Below the pieces are notes generated by a model, which saw only the letters and a list, made by a program, of their open reading frames with translations, had not been told where the DNA came from and did no database searches. A stretch of DNA of 63,983 nt, counting the filler, from Lenisia limosa (lineage: Eukaryota; Protista; Breviatea), in NCBI GenBank assembly GCA_001655205.1. It is 16 parts of 16 records of this genome, joined end to end, with 100 filler letters (N's around TTAATTAATTAA, not from the genome) between each part and the next. Parts side by side here need not be neighbours in the genome. Positions count along the whole stretch, not along the records: positions 32,951 to 40,378 come from LPNZ01009738.1; positions 40,479 to 46,276 come from LPNZ01011458.1; positions 46,377 to 47,794 come from LPNZ01002262.1; positions 47,895 to 49,546 come from LPNZ01005185.1; positions 49,647 to 54,267 come from LPNZ01009234.1; 11 more parts are not named here. The stretch is one strand, 5' to 3'. Below, in pieces: positions 37,401 to 49,660 of this stretch. Position 1 is the stretch's first letter, and each line of letters starts with the position of its first letter. The position numbers were made by a program, and so were the translations under genes.

Positions 37401-37893
37401 TTCATACACTACGGCCCAAATTATTCGGATTATCTCGATAAATATTCAATAGATAGTGATACTTTCACGGTCTTTTTGGGACCGCAGGGAACCCCTAAAT
37501 CGTGTGCAGATTTATTTTTGTAAGAAACAACAGGGCATGATCTGACATTGTAGGCGGAGAAGGTACTTGCTGAAATGGCATGTGACGGCAGGGTGTCAGC
37601 CAAAATCAACCAGCAGGAGTCTTATGTGACATTCGTCAAACGTGGGTATCTATTGCTCTTGCTACTCTCCTTACTCCTACTGGCGGTTGAACTCACAAGG
37701 GTTTTGTANNNNNNNNNNNNNNNNNNNNNNNNNNNNNNNNNNNNNNNNNNNNNNNNNNNNNNNNNNNNNNNNNNNNNNNNNNNNNNNNNNNNNNNNNNNN
37801 NNNNNNNNNNNNNNNNNNNNCACAGACTCAGCTGCAGTGGCCACAATGGTCCGAGATTTGAGCAACATCGTAGCCCAGGCCGCGGCGATTTGA
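34470..37893 (+). CDS. COPS4: COP9 signalosome subunit 4 (PCI domain)
   Basis: EVLRFALNSMTPRQSAFAS, SLYEG...AADCL, ADMYLNINKFAKAAEMASKASL, LLEASRKFY, ALLAGGGSKRTRQLA and AVLEHNIESLAQHYVTIKISTLAKHLQVTEKEAEKVLAEMACDGRVSAKINQ are collinear with CSN4. ATG 34470, TGA 37891-37893. Confidence 0.85.
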
Positions 37894-38260
37894 TGCCTCT
37901 TGACACGGCGTTTTGACACCTTGATTCACTCGTCTGAATAATGTAGAGTAGTCTCTAGAAAAGCTATTAAAGTGCCTTCCCCCCTCTCCACTGAACGTGA
38001 TAATAGTATGTACGCTGATATTTCGTGATTGAGGGCATTTAATTTTTGAAAGCAAAATTCAATTTCCCGTGAACTAAAAGTCTATCTAATGTCACGGTGT
38101 ACGCTGGGTGTACGTCTCATGCTCCTAATTCTCGATCGCCCAGCTATGAGCCTTTTCACCAACTACGATATTGTGGCTATCATTTATCTTGTTTCTAACA
38201 CTATGCCACAGAGACAGAAATACACTATAATATATTGTAACATTGAAATCAGAAACGGCA

Positions 38261-40378
38261 TTAGGCGTAGTAAGAGGGGGAAACGAGAAGGTCGGAAACA
38301 ATGGCGAGTTGGTCACTGGTGAAGTGCTGGCGGTCAATGTGCCATGTATCCTGGGTGTAAAACGAAGAAAAATTTGATGAAGAATAGTGGCGTAGTACCA
38401 AAAAAAAAAAAGAGCAACAAACATGAGCAACTCCTTGAAACAATACAAAGACCAGATAACACACAAAACAAAGCCAGCCTCAAAGGAAACAAAAAAAACA
38501 GCATATTTATCCGAAAGGAGGGGATAGTAAAATTGGAAATTTATGAAACAAAAAAAACCCAAAATCAACTCTGTTGGCTGAAAATACACGAGGGATGATA
38601 ACAAGAAAACAAACAAGAAAATTGAACTGTGCTAATAAGGAGCCACCAGTCTTTGTAGCATTCCCAAAAGCAGTCCCAAAAGCAGTCCTACCTGGTGTGA
38701 GGCTCTGAAGGTATTGTACACGCGAGACACGGACAGTTTGATAGGTGCGGGATCGTTGTGGAACTTGGCTAGCTCCACCAGGACCTGCATCGTCAATATG
38801 TACCGTACTGATATTCCAAGAATTTATGTGAAAAAAGTACTCCAAATTATATGCAAGAGTATTCTTACCAAGTCAAACCCATAAACCAGACCCCCCACTT
38901 CAGGGAGCCACGAAGGCAGACTATGAGGCTGGCTGTCCACGAGAGCTGAGAGACCCAGACACGCTCCATGCCTGCAGGTGTGAACATCAACATTTAGTAG
39001 AATAGGCCAAAGTCAACTCTGTTTGCTTGGCATTTTGAAAAAAAACAAAACAAAGCCTACACGGTCAGGTGGAAGATTCATTTTTGAATTTCATTTGAAG
39101 TAGTAATATACACATGGATGCATGGTTTAGTTCCCTTGAAAATTACAGGCATACCGTTTTGCCAGGGCCTCCTTGAACTCGGACGACTTCTCATTATTGT
39201 CGGAAGCCGGAAGAGGAACCTTGGAGCTTCCGACCTTTGTTTCCGACGGCAGAGGCCTACTGAGCCATCCTCTTGTTTTAGGCCGTCTTGGCAGCGCCTG
39301 GGGGGGGGGGGGNNNNNNNNNNNNNNNNNNNNNNNNNNNNNNNNNNNNNNNNNNNNNNNNNNNNNNNNNNNNNNNNNNNNNNNNNNNNNNNNNNNNNGCT
39401 TCACTTCGGTTCTAAAAAAGACTAAATTCTCGATAAATATCGATATTTTACCGGTTTTTTTCGAATCAAAGTGAAGCTCTAAAACCAACGCATTATCAAC
39501 ATTGTAGCCAAAGCCCCTACATACCTTGACGTTCTTGGCAGTAGTGAGCAAACGCGAGCGCAATCTCTTGGCGTCAGTAGGGGACAGCAGGGGGTACACT
39601 CCGCAGATGCCGTCACGAGCAGCTACTCGCACGTCCAACTGGGGGGTTAATGGGGGTGTAAGGGGGTATGAAAAGAGGGGGGTTGGGCGTCAGCGCAAGT
39701 TGATGCAATGATTATAAACTACTGTATTATGTGGTTGGTTGGCATGGTATGTGGAGATGATACAAATAGTTTTCAATGATAAAATAGTTTGTATCTTGTG
39801 TGTTATGATTCACGTTCTCCATCCGCTGCACGGATTGCTTGTCCAGCTGTTCATCAAGCTCAGCTGCCCGCTTCTATCTTTCTTCTTCCTGTTGCCTCGC
39901 CTCTCCCATTCATGACCACGCACCTGGGCATCCGAAAGGCCTTGAATGAGTCCGTCATTGATGTAGTCCCAAGACTCCTCCTGCACAACGAACATGCCGA
40001 ACACGGACATGACATGGAGCATTGGGATGATGGCCTGTCGCTCGTGCCAATTCGACGACGATTCGGACAGTCTGCGGGTATTAGTGAACTCATAACTCGG
40101 TACTGAGTATACATACATGTACATGTATATACATGTACATATCGATATGTAGTATATCGATATAGTGAATGATATAATACTCTATACAGCAACTGTTGTA
40201 TATCTTAACCGGTTTTCCTTGGTGAAAGAGCAGATCAATTACTGAATGCCCTCCCCCCCCACTCTCTCGCAGCCTTGATAGCCTCGCCATGTGTCGAAGT
40301 TGAGAACGACCCCATTGTCATAAACCGCATTACGGCAAAGGCGGTTCTTCGGATCGTGTCGTCTGCACTGTCGTCACT
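38261..40378 (-). CDS. PSME4: Proteasome activator PA200/Blm10, C-terminal part
   Basis: SSNWHERQAII, QLDVRVAA, HGACLGLSALVDSQPHSLPSWLPEVLVELAKFHNDPAPIKLSVSRVYNTFRASHQDTWHIDRQHFTSDQLAIVSDLLVSPSYYA-stop. The terminal YYA motif is diagnostic. Confidence 0.93.
38517..38610 (-). repeat. Family A repeat in a PA200 intron (sense to the gene)
   Basis: The reverse complement reads CAGCCAACAGAGTTGATTTTGGG...GTTTCATAAATTTCCAATTTTACT. Confidence 0.85.
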
Positions 40379-40861
40379 NNNNNNNNNNNNNNNNNNNNNN
40401 NNNNNNNNNNNNNNNNNNNNNNTTAATTAATTAANNNNNNNNNNNNNNNNNNNNNNNNNNNNNNNNNNNNNNNNNNNNAATTGTATAAGTGGAGGGTGGG
40501 GAGGGGGGATGGAAAAAGTGAAACAAAAGCCCAAATCAACTCTGTTGGCTTACAGACCACATACGAGGGTTAATAACACCAAAACAAACAAAGCCGACCA
40601 GTCGCAAAAGAAAGTCAAATAATAATATGTTAAGCCAAGGCCAGTTAACAATAGGCCAAAATCAACTAAGTTAAAAACGCACGAGAACAAAACAAAAAAA
40701 AAGGCCAGGATAATCGCTTATGCAGCACCGCCCATCACTCCAGCGCCCTCCCCTCACTAATAAAAAGGGAAGTTTGACATTGCAAATTCCCCTTTGCTGT
40801 CGTAAAATCTGTTGGCAGTAGTTGGAAGGAACTCAGCTTTGAGGTTCTGTCCGGGGTAATT

Positions 40862-41046
40862 CACGCGATCCTAACGAGGGTCAGAACACGTGATACTAAA
40901 GCGAGTGTCAGAAAACACCTGATCCTAAAGCGAGTGTCAGAACACGCGATCCTAAAGTGAGTGTCAGAACACGTGAAAGTGAGTGTCAGAATATGTGTTC
41001 CTAAAGCGAGTGTCAGAACACGTGATCCTAAAGCGAGTGTGAGAAC
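40862..41046. repeat. Tandem minisatellite, ~6.5 x 27 nt
   Basis: Unit GTCAGAACACGTGATCCTAAAGCGAGT, with indels in some units. Confidence 0.92.
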
Positions 41047-41261
41047 TGTCTACGACTAGAATCAATAGTCACACATCAATAGTCTTGAATTGCTTTTATC
41101 AACAATCACTTCTTCCTATGCCTATACAAGAAATGATGATCTCTCCCATGAAACCAATTTACTTGTTGTCTTATCCCCCCCCCCCCCNNNNNNNNNNNNN
41201 NNNNNNNNNNNNNNNNNNNNNNNNNNNNNNNNNNNNNNNNNNNNNNNNNNNNNNNNNNNNN

Positions 41262-44051
41262 AGAAGTGGATTTGTTCGTCCTTGTATGCACCCTTAATGT
41301 AATGAGTTGGCCGTCGCAATGTTCCAAAAAGAATGAATATCTCGATAAATCCTCGATAAATATCGATATTTTTGCAGCCATTTTCCAACCAAAGAGTCCC
41401 AAATGTAGAATTACAATTATAAAAGTTTAATAATAGCATTTACTATTGTGATAAAATGAATCCTTGCCCAAGTGACACTTTAGATAAACAATATTCCTTC
41501 TTTGGGGTAGCGATATGAATATACATATGATTCTTTCTATTGGATTGTTTCAGAATTCTTCAATACCCCTTGAAAGGCCCAAGCTATTTACAAAATACTA
41601 ATTAGTATATCAAATTTGACACAGATTTTATTTGCTTTGAAGAAATGGATTGGAAATATTTAACACGTCTATCAGAGATATTGGATTATTGTTTCAAGCC
41701 GAAGCCATCCTCAGCATCACGTTAATCAGGGATATTTCAAAGAAGATGTTGAAGTAACCTTACCTTGCAATAGAACCGCACGCGGGTGAAAGCCAACTTG
41801 TTCATCATTGGAGGGGAGGCCTTGAGCGGTGAAAAACTATATATTAATATAATATTGTGCACATATTAGTCACAAACCTGTCATCTTTCATCAGTAACAC
41901 CACTAACCTGTCCCCATTCATCAGCTACAGTTGAGCCGTCAAAGCCTAGTGTACGTGGGGAGTACAGAGGAAGCGTGTCGGTTCGAAACTGAAAGGTAAA
42001 AGGAGGTTGGATGTACACCCCCAATATTAGAAGTATAATGCCTTGCGATGACCGTAGGGAAGCCCTAATACCCCCTCCCTACATTATTCGGGGCGTTTTT
42101 CGTTGCCTTCGAGTAGTAATTCATCACCAGTCTGTAGTATCAAATATGAACCATAACCTTCGTCAACAATTCACTTATCCTGTTAACAAAACAAGACAGG
42201 AAACTCCTTTTAAAAATAAATTTTTTGTTAATAGCTTATTTTTCATCTGTTTTCTAACTAGTACCACTCGCAGATGTAAGATTTACATTCGACTTAAAAA
42301 TGATCTTATGCAATCATGTTTGAAAGTATGGAACAAAGAATATTACAGCATATTTCAATCATCATTTCTGTCAAAGAAAACCCAAACAAACGTCCACCCG
42401 CCTCCATCCAAATCCATGTCGCAGAACGCTGGAATTGCCTAATATGGTAAGTGTATACATTTGTAATACCAATCATTTTACACGCTACTCTTCTTCAACA
42501 AAATTTATATCATCTTCGAACCCCTCCTCCCACTTCTGTCATATCTCCAGGACGGATATAATAGACTCCCGAAACACAGCGGCTAGTACCTGTTGAAATG
42601 AGGTGATATCGAGATATCGGATAATAGTATAATATTAATTCACCCAAACATTTGCCTTACTACACTACACAGCTTCCTGTGTACCTCCCTAGCATAACAT
42701 AAAGATCATATACCCATCCTTACTTTGACAAACGAACTGTTGTTTGATTTCGTTACAATTAATGAATGTACTCGAGTTAGTCTTTCCGGGGACCCTAATC
42801 TGGCGGGGTTAATACACGGCAAAAATGAAGAAGACCATAAAGTTGCGATTGATACTAGGATCATAAAAAGACGTGGAAAGGCTTGCAAAAGGAGGAGGGT
42901 TATAAGAGAAAGCTTAGTCATTTTATGCCCGTATTTCGCTAATCCTTATTAAAAAGGATGACTAAGGCCGCATTTAATCGTATTGCCGGCTTCTCCACAA
43001 TTTAGCTGGGTCATGTAAGCAATCCCAAGTGCTAATCTAGTGAGTGTATGTCCAATTCCATCTTATATGGCTTCCCACTCACTAGCTCTTCGAGAGTGGC
43101 ATTTAGCTGATTGATTTGAGCAACAAGCTAAAAGGTGACAAGATTTGAGCAAAAAGCTAGGAAATAAGAGCACCTGGAAAATACCAGAATTACCCCCCCC
43201 CCCCTCCTTCCCTCCACAATAGAAATAAAAAATTTCAATTTCAGATATAACAAGCCCACACACCACAGCTTCGCGTTCCAGGACAGTTGACAGTGGGACG
43301 ACGCTATTATCGGAGACGGGAGGGTAACAGGCAGATCCCTCGGGAAGACTAGGAAGGTGACATTTCATATTGCGGCAGGAATATGAATGGCAAAGAATGA
43401 AATCGAGCCGAAGCATTCTACACTATCACGCTTTTAAGCGATATTTGAAATCAATAAGACAATTCACCCTATATTTGCCTTTGCGAATCATCCACTCCAT
43501 CATCCTGAGAAGATCGAGAAGAGGAAACATAATATACTATTAGTTCTGACACGGATACTGCGCTTAATCTGGTCAAGACTTATCGCGGTCACTTTATGTT
43601 GTGAACATGATCATTGCCTTTCGCGTCAAGATCGGATGCTGCTTTCAAATTTACTTAAAAATGACTGAAAAACCTGAATATGAAATTTGATTTTTCAAAG
43701 AATCCTCCAACCCCTTAAAAAACAGTTTTTGTCTGATTGAATTGTTTTGAAAGCAACAACCACATTTGAAAAACACCAAATAAGTGGGTTAACTATATTT
43801 GGAGACTCATATGAGCTCAAATATGCGTTTATAATATGTATATATATGTATATATGTATATATCTGTATATAAAGCTATACACTAAATGATAGAAACTAT
43901 GTAAAGTAAACATATTCTTCTAATATTTACTTTTGCCCGACACTGTGCAAGCATTCCCCATTTTCCTAGCCCACATTGCAACTCCTACAGAAGATGCTAA
44001 CACAAATACCGAGCAGAAGAGGACCAGAAGCGGCTTAGCTAAGCAGATCAT
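41262..44051 (-). CDS. Secreted protein with fibrinogen-like (CDMxxDGGGW) domain (partial)
   Basis: Putative signal peptide MICLAKPLLVLFCSVFVLASS from ATG 44051. Spliced core SGVYYIRPGDMTEAIPAFCDMDLDGGGWTLVMNYYSKATKNAPNNFRTDTLPLYSPRTLGFDGSTVADEWGQ. Confidence 0.75.
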
Positions 44052-44504
44052 TGTGATTGGTAACAATCTTCGCAGCTCTCTCCTTTTCGCCCTTCTCAAA
44101 TCACAATATATATATAATTAATTATAATGACCTTAATAGCAAAGAGGGGGAGAACTGAGGGAGAGGAGGAAGATAAAAGTTTTGGTTTTTGGAACCACGG
44201 CGGGTACTCGGATGGTCCCTTCTTCACCTGGGGCTCCCCGGGATAAAAGTTGTTTTTAATAAAGAAATACTGGGGATGCAACCAAAAACACCTATAACCC
44301 GAAAAATGACCAAGATAAATAACCCTCTTTAACTCCTGCTTAGCTAAATTATCATATTAAACAGTACATCAGTCATTTTAGTCCCATAAAGCCGAGGTAG
44401 CAGACTTAACGCGAAGCTTCCCCTTATAAGATCACCTTTAACCAGAGTGTCATTGGTGAACTGGGAGATTCAGAAAGTAAACAAGGAAGAAGCTGAAGAA
44501 AAGC

Positions 44505-46073
44505 ATGTCGAAGCTCTCTAGGCGCATTCAAGATCTTGGTGTGGAGCCACCGCTCTCAATGGCTAGCCCACAGCCTCTGATGGACTGCTTGCTCGAATTG
44601 ATTGATGTGGCCAGGAAACTGGAGAACGACAAGATCAATCCCGGGATCAAAGCGAGTGGGTTGGGCTATGTTGAGGGTTAGAATGGGGGGGGGGGGGNNN
44701 NNNNNNNNNNNNNNNNNNNNNNNNNNNNNNNNNNNNNNNNNNNNNNNNNNNNNNNNNNNNNNNNNNNNNNNNNNNNNNNNNNNNNNNNNNNNNNNTTGTT
44801 GAGTTTTTCCATGATTTAGTTTGTTTTCTTTTGTTTATCTATAGCTTCCTGTTTTATTTATACAGTTTATTTTAATCTTTTATTTATTTATTTTTTATAC
44901 AGGCTCGTATTTTGTCGATATTATCTCTTTTCAGAGAAATTTGATACAACGTTCACTGTTTAGATGAAGTTGTTACATATGGTAAGCAGCAAAGCAAGGA
45001 GCGCTATTGTTGTATGGGATGATTGTATGGGATGGAAGGGGGGCTTCCAGAATTGGTTTTGAGCATTTTGTTGATAAATGTCTCTAACCCGGGCGGGGAG
45101 GGAGTTCTTTGGGGTTTTTACAAAGAGTTGTAGAGGCAACTTATTGAATGATAACGGAGGCACGCAGAAAGCGGTGTACGCAAATGATTGGGTGAATTAA
45201 TATAATACTATAATCCAATATCTCTACTTAGGGATGGTGTGGCCGGTTTCGGNNNNNNNNNNNNNNNNNNNNNNNNNNNNNNNNNNNNNNNNNNNNNNNN
45301 NCATTGCTATATATTACCTGATTATCCCTTATCTCCTCAATTCGGCCCAGTACTGGTTTTTTTTTTTATTTCCACGTGTCATACAAATATATATGACGTA
45401 TTATAATAAAGAAAAAAAATACATGACATAACACAACATTTTGCCCTGTGAAATCTTTATGTTTTAGCGGATTTGGCGCATCTCAAAGCCAAGGTCGCCA
45501 TATTGGAAGCGGAAAAAGCCTCAATTCTCCAGGTAAGAAGGTCATTAAGTGAGGGAGCTTCACTCCCGAAAAGACCGCAAAATAGCGATATTTATGATCG
45601 AGAATTTTAGTTTTATTTTTTATTATGACCTATCAACAAGGTCCCATTCCAATAGTTACTATGAACAGTAACTATTAAACGGTAGAGCCCTTACCTCCCT
45701 CTTTGAAGGTCTTAGCTCCCTTTACAATCTCATCTCTATACATATCATGTAATATATCATATCAATTGTAATTTGTAGCTAATAATCGTATGCCATCAAT
45801 CCGCACCCACCGTCGATATTCTTCATTGGAATCTCCATACCTCTTTCAGTCTATTCTCCCGTCTTCTTACGTAGCTTTGTGTGTTTTGTTTTTGGGTTTC
45901 CTGGGATGCGGTCTGCAGAAGCGACTGGCCTGGGTTTTGTTTGTTGTTATTAACAGTTGATTTTGGGTTTTTTTTGTTTCATAAATTTTCCAATTTTACC
46001 CCACCCCCTTCAGGCTATACACCCCTCGCCCTTGGAAGAGTCACGACTCTCAGCTCTCTCCAAATCCATCGCA
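44505..46073 (+). CDS. Hypothetical coiled-coil protein (5' part)
   Basis: MSKLSRRIQDLGVEPPLSMASPQPLMDCLLELIDVARKLENDKINPGIKA, DLAHLKAKVAILEAEKASILQ and AIHPSPLEESRLSALSKSIA, with GT-AG boundaries. Confidence 0.6.
45902..46013 (+). repeat. Family A repeat ending at an acceptor
   Basis: GGGATGCGGTCTGCAGAAGCGACTGGCCTGGG...GTTGATTTTGGG...TCATAAATTTTCCAATTTTACCCCACCCCCTTCAG. Confidence 0.9.
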
Positions 46074-46515
46074 GTGGGCAAAGGGTGAATATTGGGATAT
46101 CTTGTTTTGCAAGATGAATGGCTTTTAGAATCCACGAGAATGAATAGTAGTGCGTAAATAATTAGGTATCTTTTCTAATTGAGAAAGTAATTTTGGCTTT
46201 TTCAATATTGCGGTACTGCAGAAGCGACTGTCCTGAGCTTTGTTTGTTTTGTTGTTCTCACCCTTGTGTGTTGTCANNNNNNNNNNNNNNNNNNNNNNNN
46301 NNNNNNNNNNNNNNNNNNNNTTAATTAATTAANNNNNNNNNNNNNNNNNNNNNNNNNNNNNNNNNNNNNNNNNNNNTTTTTTTTTTTTTTGGGGGGGGGG
46401 TTAACCTTTTGAAATTAACCTTTTGGAATTAACCTTTTGAAATAAAAAGAAAACTCTGTCGTTCACCAATTGCCTCACACTCACATTCTGTATTTCCCTA
46501 CTAATTTGCTCGCAG

Positions 46516-47335
46516 CGGACATGGACGCAACACTTCTGGAAATGTATGCAGCTGCCAATGAGACCTCGCCAAGTGTGTCGTCATTATACGGCCTTGTAGC
46601 CACTCAAATGCCCTCCATGTTTACTGCCTCAAGTTAGGGGGGGAGGGGGAGGGTTATATCCACGCGCTTCCATATGGTCCCAGAAAAGACTGGATCTCTC
46701 GATAAATCTTGGATAAATATCGATATTTAAACGGTGTTTTTTGGACCGTAGGGAAGCCCTGGCGATCATAATGTGATATTTGACTTGCTTTGGAATATAG
46801 AGATGAGAAATAAAACAAGGTTATATCCAGCCGAAGCCGGCCATAGCACCACAAATAAGAAGTACGTATGATATGCAATAGAATAAGAGGGGGGGTGCAA
46901 GAAAAACATAAATGTACACAATATCAAATAGTTAGGCTTTTTTGCTTCATAAATGCCCAATTTTACTCCACCTCTCCCAACCGAGTTGATTTTGGGCTTT
47001 TTTTTTTCATAAATTTTCCCATTTTACTCCCCCCCCCCAGGCCAAAACCTCTCCGGCAGTCTGATTGAGGCCTTGCGAGAGTTCTACGTGCAAAACCCGG
47101 ATATTATTACTGACATCAAATTCGCTGTCAACCTTGCCGTTAAGGTGGGGGTGTGGAAAGGAGTGTCACGGCTGTGATCACTCCAGTTTTACCTCCATTA
47201 TTTAGAATAATGTTTTACTGTTTTTTTTGTTGTTATTGTTGCTTTTTATTGCTCTTCATTGTTTATTTTTGGGTTTTTTTTTTTTTTGACTCAGCAGGGA
47301 GCGGTGATCATTTCGGGACTGGCAATTCTGTTCAT
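46516..47335 (+). CDS. Hypothetical protein fragment, possibly membrane
   Basis: Three phase-compatible exons: DMDATLLEMYAAANETSPSVSSLYGLVATQMPSMFTAS, QNLSGSLIEALREFYVQNPDIITDIKFAVNLAVK and QGAVIISGLAILF. Confidence 0.55.
46930..47040 (+). repeat. Two tandem family A 3' ends, the second ending at the acceptor
   Basis: GGCTTTTTTGCTTCATAAATGCCCAATTTTACTCC, then GAGTTGATTTTGGGC...TCATAAATTTTCCCATTTTACTCCCCCCCCCCAG. Confidence 0.85.
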
Positions 47336-47494
47336 GTGGTATAAAATATTCAAAAACTACAAAAAACAGGTTGGATGCATAAAGTTATATTTCCCTGTTT
47401 GAACAAACGCAATAATACTACTATGTCAATATATAAACGTGATAATATGGCCGGCTTCCGCCTCATGCCATCTTGTTTTATTTCTATACAATTA

Positions 47495-47588
47495 GGGCTT
47501 CCCTGCGGTCCGAAAAAGACCGTTAAATATCGATATTTATCTTAGATTTGTTGGAGTATTTGGTCTTTTTGGGACCGTTGGGAAGCCC
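47495..47588. mobile_element. Family B2 MITE
   Basis: TA-GGGCTTCCCTGCGGTCCGAAAAAGACC...GGTCTTTTTGGGACCGTTGGGAAGCCC. Confidence 0.85.
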
Positions 47589-48358
47589 AATAACACAATG
47601 AATATTTTCGATATTTATTTATCTTTTTCGACTTACAATATTCAACAATCCCATAAGCTGGGGAGGCATGCAGAAAACTGTGTGTTTGTTAGGCAAATGA
47701 TGGTTGAACTTACTTCGGCCAGATACGACCTTGTTTTTTATTTCTCATTGCAACATGTAACCTCATGCCCCTCAGCTAATGAAGATTCGGGTTGNNNNNN
47801 NNNNNNNNNNNNNNNNNNNNNNNNNNNNNNNNNNNNNNTTAATTAATTAANNNNNNNNNNNNNNNNNNNNNNNNNNNNNNNNNNNNNNNNNNNNGGTTGG
47901 GGTAGAGGTTTCTCTAGGGTGGGGTAGCCCCAAAAAAAGGTATATTATAGGATAACCATCCTAATTTCACACATTTACTTCTGCTGTTGATGTGGTGTTT
48001 TAAACAGTACCACCCCCTCCCCCCGCATATCATGGTCTTTGTTTTAGTGTTTTATTTTTTATGTAGTGTGCGTTGATTGCTCTTGCTTGTTATTGCTTGG
48101 TTTATTATTATTATTAGTATTTGTTTGGAGTTTGGAGTTTCAGATTATTCGGTTTGTGATTAGTACATTTACGCCAATATTTCATATATATTGCCCAATT
48201 GTGCGCTGGAGTGATGGGNNNNNNNNNNNNNNNNNNNNNNNNNNNNNNNNNNNNNNNNNNNNNNNNNNNNNNNNNNNNNNNNNNNNNNNNNNNNNNNNNN
48301 NNNNNNNNNNNNNNNNNNNNNNNNNNNNNNNNNNNNNNNNNNNNNNNNNNNNNNNNNN

Positions 48359-49546
48359 AGCTTCATCTCTCGTCTTGACTGGTCTACGGACAGCCGACTC
48401 GTAGCTTCAGAATCCGGCGCCCATGAGGAGCTGGTCCATGCGGCACCCAGAGGCAAGAGAATCGTCAGAGCTTCTAGTGTGAATGTGGGGGGGGGGGTGC
48501 ACAATGCGCCACTAAAGCCGACACACTGCAGTGGCGAAAATGTCCATTCTTTACTTCTCATTGTACTCATTTAATAGTTGTTCACCTAGATCTACTTATA
48601 TTCCTAATTTGACGCAATATGGTTTATTGTTTTTTTTAATAACTTTTGACTTTCACGTCTCACTGATATTCCTTTACGCCACAGGGGGCGCGCATGTCAT
48701 CTTGGCGTCGAGTACAGGGCAGACTCACCCTCGGCGTTTGGCCACGCGGGGCGGACCGAACCGATATTAATGCTGCTGACGCCGTGCAAAGTGGCGAGGA
48801 ATTGGTGGGGGGTGAGGGTAACAAGCAATTGACAGTGATGGGATGTGATGTTGCAGAAGTGATTGGTCTGGGCTTTGTTTTATTGTGTTTAATCCTTGTG
48901 TTTGCAAAGAAACTTTGTCAACCGAGTTGATTCTGCGATTTTTTGTTTCATAATTTTCCAGTGTTAGTCTCCTCCTATCCCCAAGGCCCTCACACCACTC
49001 ACAGGTTCTTGCAACAGGCGACGATTACGGCCTGGTCAAGCTCTTTGCCATGCCATGTGCTACCAAATACGAGAGGTTTGAATCTAGGCAAGCTTCAATT
49101 GATTGAAGATATTACAATGGTTTTGGCGTCATTTTTATCGATATATTATTACATGTTTTATAATTACATATTGTAGGTTCCGCGCCTATCCAGGCCACGC
49201 TTCCCACGTCACCAACGTTCGNNNNNNNNNNNNNNNNNNNNNNNNNNNNNNNNNNNNNNNNNNNNNNNNNNNNNNNNNNNNNNNNNNNNNNNNNNNNNNN
49301 NNNNNNNNNNNNNNNNNNNNNNNNNNNNNNNTGAATTATTTTTCCGGTTTACTACTTGTATTTAGCTCCACCATAAGTTACACTACTGACACTACTAACA
49401 TGCTTTGCCAAGGATTACATGACACCAAACTCGTTATTTAATTCCATTGCACTACTTACAACATTGCTCTGACGGCTTTAGTTTCACCAAAGGCGGCGAG
49501 TACCTTGTCAGTGCCGGCGGTTATGACCACAGTCTCATTGTCTGGA
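48359..49546 (+). CDS. Echinoderm microtubule-associated protein-like (EML) WD40 repeats, partial
   Basis: SFISRLDWSTDSRLVASESG, LGVWPRGADRTDINAA, VLATGDDYGLVKLFAMPC and [34 protein letters not shown]. Confidence 0.92.
48835..48965 (+). repeat. Family A repeat in an EML intron
   Basis: GTGATGGGATGTGATGTTGCAGAAGTGATTGG...CCGAGTTGATT...GTTTCATAATTTTCC. Confidence 0.85.
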
Positions 49547-49660
49547 NNNNNNNNNNNNNNNNNNNNNNNNNNNNNNNNNNNNNNNNNNNNTTAATTAATT
49601 AANNNNNNNNNNNNNNNNNNNNNNNNNNNNNNNNNNNNNNNNNNNNCCCCCCCCCCCCAG

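Noticed and set aside
40862-41046. CRISPR array
   Set aside because: Units are head-to-tail with no unique spacers, there are no cas genes, and the context is eukaryotic.
44096-44281. mL54-like peptide (GPSEYPPWF) on the minus strand
   Set aside because: Only a short resemblance, no convincing gene structure, and it lies in the spacer between two divergent genes.
45955-45970. Family A as an snRNA, SL RNA or snoRNA (Sm-like GATTTTGG, box-C-like GTGATG)
   Set aside because: Short motifs only. There is no similarity to U1-U6 that I can see, no box D partner, and copies are too divergent.
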